64,000 nt of DNA from an uncultured delta proteobacterium (GTDB taxonomy: Bacteria; Desulfobacterota; Syntrophia; Syntrophales; UBA2192), in assembly GCA_963705165.1 (NCBI GenBank), contig CAVPJD010000008.1:96001-160000 (forward strand), given 5' to 3'. Below, in pieces: positions 58,772-64,000 of the stretch. How positions within the stretch are numbered: position 1 is the first letter of the stretch; each line of letters begins with the position of its first letter. The notes below the pieces were generated by a model. It was not told the DNA's origin. It searched no databases and worked only from the letters and a program-made list of their open reading frames with translations. The position numbers and the translations under genes were made by a program.

Positions 58772-60268
58772 CTACTTGCGACCAGGGCCGCCTCCTTCGT
58801 GCTTCACTCCTCCCTTCGCAGGCTTTTCTGCCGGGGCGGGCTTTTTTTCCGGGGCAGGCTTTGACACGTCGGGTGAATGCTTGGACGGGCCCTCCCCTTT
58901 CACCTTGGGAGAGGAGAGGCTGTCGCGTCCCCGGGCACTTTCCTTGCGGGCCTTGCCTCCCTGCTCGACCCCATAGATGGTGTTTGAGGGTGCAGGCCGT
59001 GAGATGGTTTGGGCCGGTCTGGTCTGCGTTGACGGGCGCGCCACCGTGGAGGGGCCGGGCTTCGTATCTGGCGCCGGTCTCGTCATGGCCGGGGCCGTCT
59101 TCGTTTCCGGCGCAGGCCGCGTGACGGCCGGAGCGGTTCTCGTATCCGGTCCCGGACGCGAAACGGCGGATTCCGGTATGCTTTGCGTTGACGGGCGCGT
59201 CACCGTGGCGGGGCCGGGCCTTGTGTCTGGTGCGGGCTTCGCCAGGCCCGGGCCGGGCTTTGCTTCGGGAGCCGGCCGTGCAGCAGCCGGAGATGTCCTG
59301 GTGTCCGGCCCCGGACGCGAAACGGCGGAGCCGGGCCGGGCGGGTCCCGTCTGGTCGTAGCCCCTGTAATCGCGGCGGTTATCCACCCCCTGCCGGTTTG
59401 ACGGGGCGTATTTCTCACGCGTGCCGGGATCCCGATAGGCCACTCCCTTGCGATGTCCGGGGTCGTGCCGCCAGGTCGTTGTCTGGATCTCCCTTGTATG
59501 GATGACCGTGGTGGTGCGGTTGATGTTGACGTTCCGGTTCACGTTGACATAGACGTTGCGGTGTCCCCAGTTCCAATACCCCCAGCCGTGATTCCAGGCG
59601 GAAGCAACCGCAATACCGACCCCGAAGGTGATCACGCCGGCCGCGATCACCGCGCCGGGCGAATAATACGGGTAGATCACCACGGGCGGGTATGCAGGAT
59701 ACCTCCATCTTCCGTAGACCACCGTCGGGCTGTAGACGGGCACATAGACCACCTGCGGGTTGGCCGGCTGGACGACGATGATGGTGCCCTCCCGGGAAAC
59801 GGTCTGCTGCTGGGAGGATCGCAGGTTCCCCGCTGCATAAGCCTTGGCCCGGAGCTCCTGGACCGTGGCCATTACGTCCGCCTCCTGGGCAAGAAAGGCA
59901 TCCCCCACACTCTGGGTCCACTCGAGCCTTTGGCTCATCATGGAAAGGACGTCGGGAAAGGGCACCAGGGCCTTCACGCTGGCATCCCAATTCTGCCTGT
60001 CGAGGGCATCGTTGAGCGCCTCGGGCGGCAGATTCCTGTACTGCTTGACCCAGCGGTCCGCCTGCACGACCTCGAGCGGGTATGTGGCCGCCATGAGGAT
60101 CTGGGCAAGAAGGGAGTCGGGATACAGGGCGATGGGCGCCAGAATCTGGTCAAGCTCCTCCTGCCTGAAAACCGGTATGTTACTCTGTGCAAAAACCGGT
60201 ACCGGCATGGCCATCAAGACCACCAGGAGCCCGATCAATGCACGCTGCCACGAGCCGTTGAGTTTCAT
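58772..60268 (-). CDS. DUF3300 domain protein with Pro-rich 13-aa repeat tail
   Basis: ELDQILAPIALYPDSLLAQ; RP[AG]P[DE]T[RK] repeats. Confidence 0.92.
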   Translation of the reverse strand: MKLNGSWQRALIGLLVVLMAMPVPVFAQSNIPVFRQEELDQILAPIALYPDSLLAQILMAATYPLEVVQADRWVKQYRNLPPEALNDALDRQNWDASVKALVPFPDVLSMMSQRLEWTQSVGDAFLAQEADVMATVQELRAKAYAAGNLRSSQQQTVSREGTIIVVQPANPQVVYVPVYSPTVVYGRWRYPAYPPVVIYPYYSPGAVIAAGVITFGVGIAVASAWNHGWGYWNWGHRNVYVNVNRNVNINRTTTVIHTREIQTTTWRHDPGHRKGVAYRDPGTREKYAPSNRQGVDNRRDYRGYDQTGPARPGSAVSRPGPDTRTSPAAARPAPEAKPGPGLAKPAPDTRPGPATVTRPSTQSIPESAVSRPGPDTRTAPAVTRPAPETKTAPAMTRPAPDTKPGPSTVARPSTQTRPAQTISRPAPSNTIYGVEQGGKARKESARGRDSLSSPKVKGEGPSKHSPDVSKPAPEKKPAPAEKPAKGGVKHEGGGPGRK

Positions 60269-60598
60269 GTTTATCCCTCAATGTGATCCATCGTTCTTTT
60301 ATCGCGGACCCTGAAGGGTCCCAAACATGCCGCATCATACAATATTTTGCCGAGAATCGTCACTCTTCATTGCCGGCCCCCCGCACCCTTTCATGGCTTC
60401 TAGAGGGTTTACCGTATGAAACGTTTCACTCCGGCTCGCGTTGACACCGCCCCCCTTGATGAGAACGGCTTTTGGAAGGCGGTCCATCCCTGCGCGCCAT
60501 GATCCCCAACTCCGATCACTCACAACCGAAAGGCCGCCCTCTCGAGGAGGACGGCCTTATTCTTCAATCGCAGCCATTTCTGTGGCGACAGCCTTTGA

Positions 60599-60994
60599 TT
60601 ATTCCTTCTTCTTCTTTTTTTCCTTGCCGTCTGACGGGGCCTTCTTTGGCTCCTTGTCCTTGCCTTTCTCTTTGCCTTTGTCCTTGCCTTTGTCCTTTTC
60701 TTTATCCTTGTCTTTGCCGCCTTCCTGAGCCTTAGCTTTTCGAAGGGCAGCCTCGTTTTCCACCTTTTCCGCCTTTATTTTCGCCAGTTCTGCAGTCCTC
60801 TGCTCGATCTTGGCAATTGCCTTCAGTCTGAGATCCGTGGCCTTGATGTTGGCACGCAGGTTCTTGACGAGAGGATCTTTTGCGATCATGGAAGGTTCGG
60901 TCTTCTTTTCAGACAGGAGAGCCAGGCGATTTGCCAGCCTTCGTTCGTACTGTTCCTTCCGCCCCATTTGCGTCGTCTTCAGCTTTGATGCCAT
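60599..60994 (-). CDS. Lys-rich hypothetical protein
   Basis: GGAGAGG RBS; KDP....L.A; KDK/EKG low-complexity tail. Confidence 0.75.
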   Translation of the reverse strand: MASKLKTTQMGRKEQYERRLANRLALLSEKKTEPSMIAKDPLVKNLRANIKATDLRLKAIAKIEQRTAELAKIKAEKVENEAALRKAKAQEGGKDKDKEKDKGKDKGKEKGKDKEPKKAPSDGKEKKKKKE

Positions 60995-61289
60995 ATTTCC
61001 ATCCCTCTCCGTTTTACTTGTTTTAGCCCGGCAGCTGACAGGCTCTGCGGAGCTTTCTTTGCCCTGCCGGTCAGATGAACCATCCAAGTATATCTATCAG
61101 GGATTGCGCCGAATAGCCATCACATTTCAGAAGCCCCCCACAGCTGCCGGCACAAAGCGGCGCAAGGGTCAATGATTAGTCTTCTCAACGACCGATGCCC
61201 CCGGGTATGTTATTTGCAACCCTGCCGGATAATTATCCTTTCAAGGCCTGTCTTCACCCCGGATCCAAACGATCGGAGAGCCGCAGAGC

Positions 61290-62234
61290 ATGAATGTCAC
61301 GTCGCTTTTGAAAGAGATGCATCGGGCGGGGACGCTGAGTTCCGGGCAGCTTGATGTCCTGACGGAATTGCATATCAAAAAGCGCTATTCCGTCCACCAG
61401 GAGCTCCGGGCCGCCATCTACATCGGTGTCCTGCTTATCACGGCGGGTGTGGGGCTCACCATCAGGCAGTATTTCGCGCAGCTGGGAGACATCGCCATCG
61501 TCGGCTCCCTGACGGTCGGCGCCCTTGCCGCTTTTCTCTACTGTTTCCTGAAGGGCAAACCTTATTCAAACGGCGAAGTCGAATCGCCCAACATCCTGTT
61601 TGACTACGTCCTGCTTCTCGGCTGCACGCTCTACGCGGCCGATGTCGGATACATCGAGACGCAGTTTCACGTCCTGGGGGATTCGTGGCACAACTACCTT
61701 CTCGTGTCGGCGGCGCTTTTCTTCTTCCTCGCCTATCGATTCGACAACCGGCTTGTGCTGTCGATGGCCCTGTCGACGCTGGCCGCATGGTTCGGCTTTC
61801 AACTATCGGTGAGCTTTCTGTCCTTTCACAAGGTTTACCGCGAGTCCGCCATTGCCTACAGCCTCGTCACCTTTGCCCTGGGCAGCCTGTCGCACCGGCT
61901 CGCCGTCAAAAAGCACTTTTTCGACATCTATCTTAATTTCACGGTTCATTTCCTCCTTGTGGCACTCCTGTCGGGCGTTGCCCAGTACCGATTCGCATCC
62001 TGGCATCTGCCCGCCATGGCCGCAGCGATTGCCGCCGTGGCGGTCTGGTCCATGCGCACCCGGCGGTTTCTCTACATGCTCTATGCGATCCTGTACGGCT
62101 ATGCGTGCCTGAGCGTGGTCGTCCTCGAATACCTGCACAACACGAACTCTTTTTTCCTCTACGGCATCGTGTCATCGCTGACCGTCATCGGCCTGATTTT
62201 CGCCCTCTCGCGGCGGTTCAAGGAGGGCACGTGA
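61290..62234 (+). CDS. DUF2157-like multi-pass membrane protein
   Basis: SVHQELR...YIGVLL; AYRFDNRLVLS; about 10 TMs. Possible sigma54 motif GGGTATGTTATTTGCA at 61203-61218. Confidence 0.8.
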   Translation: MNVTSLLKEMHRAGTLSSGQLDVLTELHIKKRYSVHQELRAAIYIGVLLITAGVGLTIRQYFAQLGDIAIVGSLTVGALAAFLYCFLKGKPYSNGEVESPNILFDYVLLLGCTLYAADVGYIETQFHVLGDSWHNYLLVSAALFFFLAYRFDNRLVLSMALSTLAAWFGFQLSVSFLSFHKVYRESAIAYSLVTFALGSLSHRLAVKKHFFDIYLNFTVHFLLVALLSGVAQYRFASWHLPAMAAAIAAVAVWSMRTRRFLYMLYAILYGYACLSVVVLEYLHNTNSFFLYGIVSSLTVIGLIFALSRRFKEGT

Positions 62235-63436
62235 GAATAAGCCTCTACACGGCCGAGCAGCAGGAGCGGCTCTTCATCCGGCGCGAGGCGCGCACCTGGG
62301 CCCGCTCGGGCCTCATCACGGATGCGCAGCTCGGGCTCATCGAGTCGCGCACCGACCCCGGGCTGCGGCAGACCAATGTCTTTTTCCGCATCCTGTTCTT
62401 CCTGTTTGCCAGCTCATGCCTGCACGCCGTGATGGGTCTTTTCCTCTCGATGGTCGGTTTTAAAGGCCTGGCGTCGATGGCTTGGGCGGTCCTGGCGCTC
62501 GGCCTTGCCTCGGTCGGCCTTGCCGAATACCTGGTGCGCGGCAAATCCCTCTACCGCTACGGCATTGAAGAGGCCCTGGCGCTGACGGGCATGGCCCTGG
62601 GCTGCTGGGGCATCGTCCTTTTCCTCAGCCTTACGAAGGTCGAACCACGATGGCTCATCACGACAGGCGCACTGCTGGCCTCGGCGGGCTCGTTCTGGCT
62701 CTACCTCCGGTTCGGCTTCCTCTATGCCGCCGTCATCGCCGCGGCCTGCGCCTGTGTCGTCCCCTTCCAGCTGTCCCTGCCGCACACAAGCGAGAGGGCG
62801 ATCGTGGCGATGGTCCTGGCGCTCTTCCTGCTGGCAAGCATCCGCTCGGAGAGCTTCGAGACGAGAGATTTCAAAAAAGAAAGAAGCGCCATGCTGCAGG
62901 CCTGCCTCCTGGCGGGTATCTACCTGGCCGTCAACCTGCGCCTCCCGGAGCTGGGCAGGGCCCACTTCGGCTACGCGGCCCCGTTCCATCAGCCCCATGC
63001 AGGTTTCCCCCCTCTGTTCTACTGGACAACCTACGGGCTCGCCTTTCTGGTCCCGGTGCTCGGCCTTTACCACGGCCTGAAAAACCGCAAGCGGATCGTG
63101 AGCAACGTAAGCCTCATTGCCGCCCTCCTGACGCTGGCAACCAACAAGGACTACCTGGGCTTCAAGCACTACGCCTGGGATCCGGCGATCCTCGGCGTCG
63201 TGATGGTCGTGGCCGCAATCGTCATCATGCGCTGGCTCGCAAACGGGACCCAAGAGGCGCGCAACGGCTTCACGGCGCAGAATCTGCTCAAGCCGGAAAA
63301 TCACGGGATCAATCTGGCCGATCTCGGTGCGGCACTCCTTCCCGGCGCCATCCAGGCGAATCTGCCGCCGGCATCGCCTGACAAGCCTTTCGCCGGCGGA
63401 CAATCCGGCGGGGGAGGTGCCTCGAGCGGGTATTGA
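62231..63436 (+). CDS. Multi-pass membrane protein, translationally coupled (GTGA overlap)
   Basis: W.RSGLIT, YGIEEAL; C-terminal FAGGQSGGGGASSGY. Confidence 0.82.
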   Translation: MRISLYTAEQQERLFIRREARTWARSGLITDAQLGLIESRTDPGLRQTNVFFRILFFLFASSCLHAVMGLFLSMVGFKGLASMAWAVLALGLASVGLAEYLVRGKSLYRYGIEEALALTGMALGCWGIVLFLSLTKVEPRWLITTGALLASAGSFWLYLRFGFLYAAVIAAACACVVPFQLSLPHTSERAIVAMVLALFLLASIRSESFETRDFKKERSAMLQACLLAGIYLAVNLRLPELGRAHFGYAAPFHQPHAGFPPLFYWTTYGLAFLVPVLGLYHGLKNRKRIVSNVSLIAALLTLATNKDYLGFKHYAWDPAILGVVMVVAAIVIMRWLANGTQEARNGFTAQNLLKPENHGINLADLGAALLPGAIQANLPPASPDKPFAGGQSGGGGASSGY

Positions 63437-63557
63437 TCCTGAGAAGGATAAAAAACGGCCGCCCCCATGATGAGGACGGCCGTTTTCTTTTCTCCCGGGC
63501 ACCCGAATCCCTTTTCCCTAATCAACCAGTTACTGCTGCGTAGCAGCTGCCTGCCGT

Positions 63558-64000
63558 TTACCCGTCCAGCTTCTGACTGTACTCATCAATAAAGGTGCGG
63601 ACCTTATTCACATAGTGCAGGTGGCGGCGATTCAGTCCGCCCCTCACAGATCCTTCGCCTGAATAGTAGGCCGAAAAAACATGATCCCACAACTCCGGCT
63701 CCTGATACCCCATCCCCTGGTATTTGTCATACAAGTCCCGCAGGATTTCCGCCGACACCATGATGTTGACCGAAGGTCTGAACGCTTCCTCCCGGGAAGA
63801 GGACAGGCTCAGTTTCTCTGTATACCTTTTCCAGGTGACGGGGTGGATTTGCATGAGCCCCATGGCACGGCTGCTGGAGACGGCACGAACCGTGAAATTG
63901 CTCTCCGTGCGCATCAGCCCCAGAAACGTCCTGACAGGGATTTCCGTCCGCCGGGACTGCTCGAGGATGGCCTCGGCAATCTGGAGCCCCTGGAGCCTGT
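63558..64000 (-). CDS. Lytic transglycosylase (SLT domain), 5'-truncated by the window edge
   Basis: ES.F...AVS...AMGLMQI, NI..S and AYYSG motifs. Confidence 0.88.
   Translation of the reverse strand, partial: RLQGLQIAEAILEQSRRTEIPVRTFLGLMRTESNFTVRAVSSSRAMGLMQIHPVTWKRYTEKLSLSSSREEAFRPSVNIMVSAEILRDLYDKYQGMGYQEPELWDHVFSAYYSGEGSVRGGLNRRHLHYVNKVRTFIDEYSQKLDG

Noticed and set aside
61021..61080. c-di-GMP (GEMM) riboswitch suggested by GGGCAAA on the minus strand
   Set aside because: The GNRA-capped P2 stem and the following GCAAAGC motif are missing.

Overview
GC-rich bacterial chromosome segment. Gene content (W/Mo aldehyde:ferredoxin oxidoreductase, a stand-alone EF-G with the [11 protein letters not shown] motif, sigma54 signalling, CheX, DUF3300/DUF2950) suggests an anaerobic Deltaproteobacterium, probably Syntrophales-like; this is inference. 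Most of the window is ordinary envelope, redox and signalling genes separated by intergenic spacers dense in repeats. Three things stand out. (1) A 2115-bp element (246-2360) encodes only two overlapping tyrosine recombinases. It has perfect 14-bp terminal inverted repeats and an exact 7-bp flanking direct repeat (GTAGGTG), so its excised circle would carry a loxP-like 14-7-14 site. (2) This element sits 54 bp downstream of a canonical integron attC site (118-184), probably the 3' end of a cassette array. (3) An unannotated 25-codon leader peptide with four consecutive Trp codons, plus alternative hairpins, forms a tryptophan attenuator in front of a COG4313/Phenol_MetA_deg-type outer-membrane channel rather than a trp biosynthetic operon. 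Also seen: a frameshifted nitroreductase, several unannotated small ORFs, multiple sigma54 and sigma28 promoter motifs, terminator-containing 5' leaders (cspA, fusA), and several REP or short-repeat families. No rRNA, tRNA or CRISPR array was recognised. Start codons were chosen by eye; product calls come from motif recognition, not database searches.
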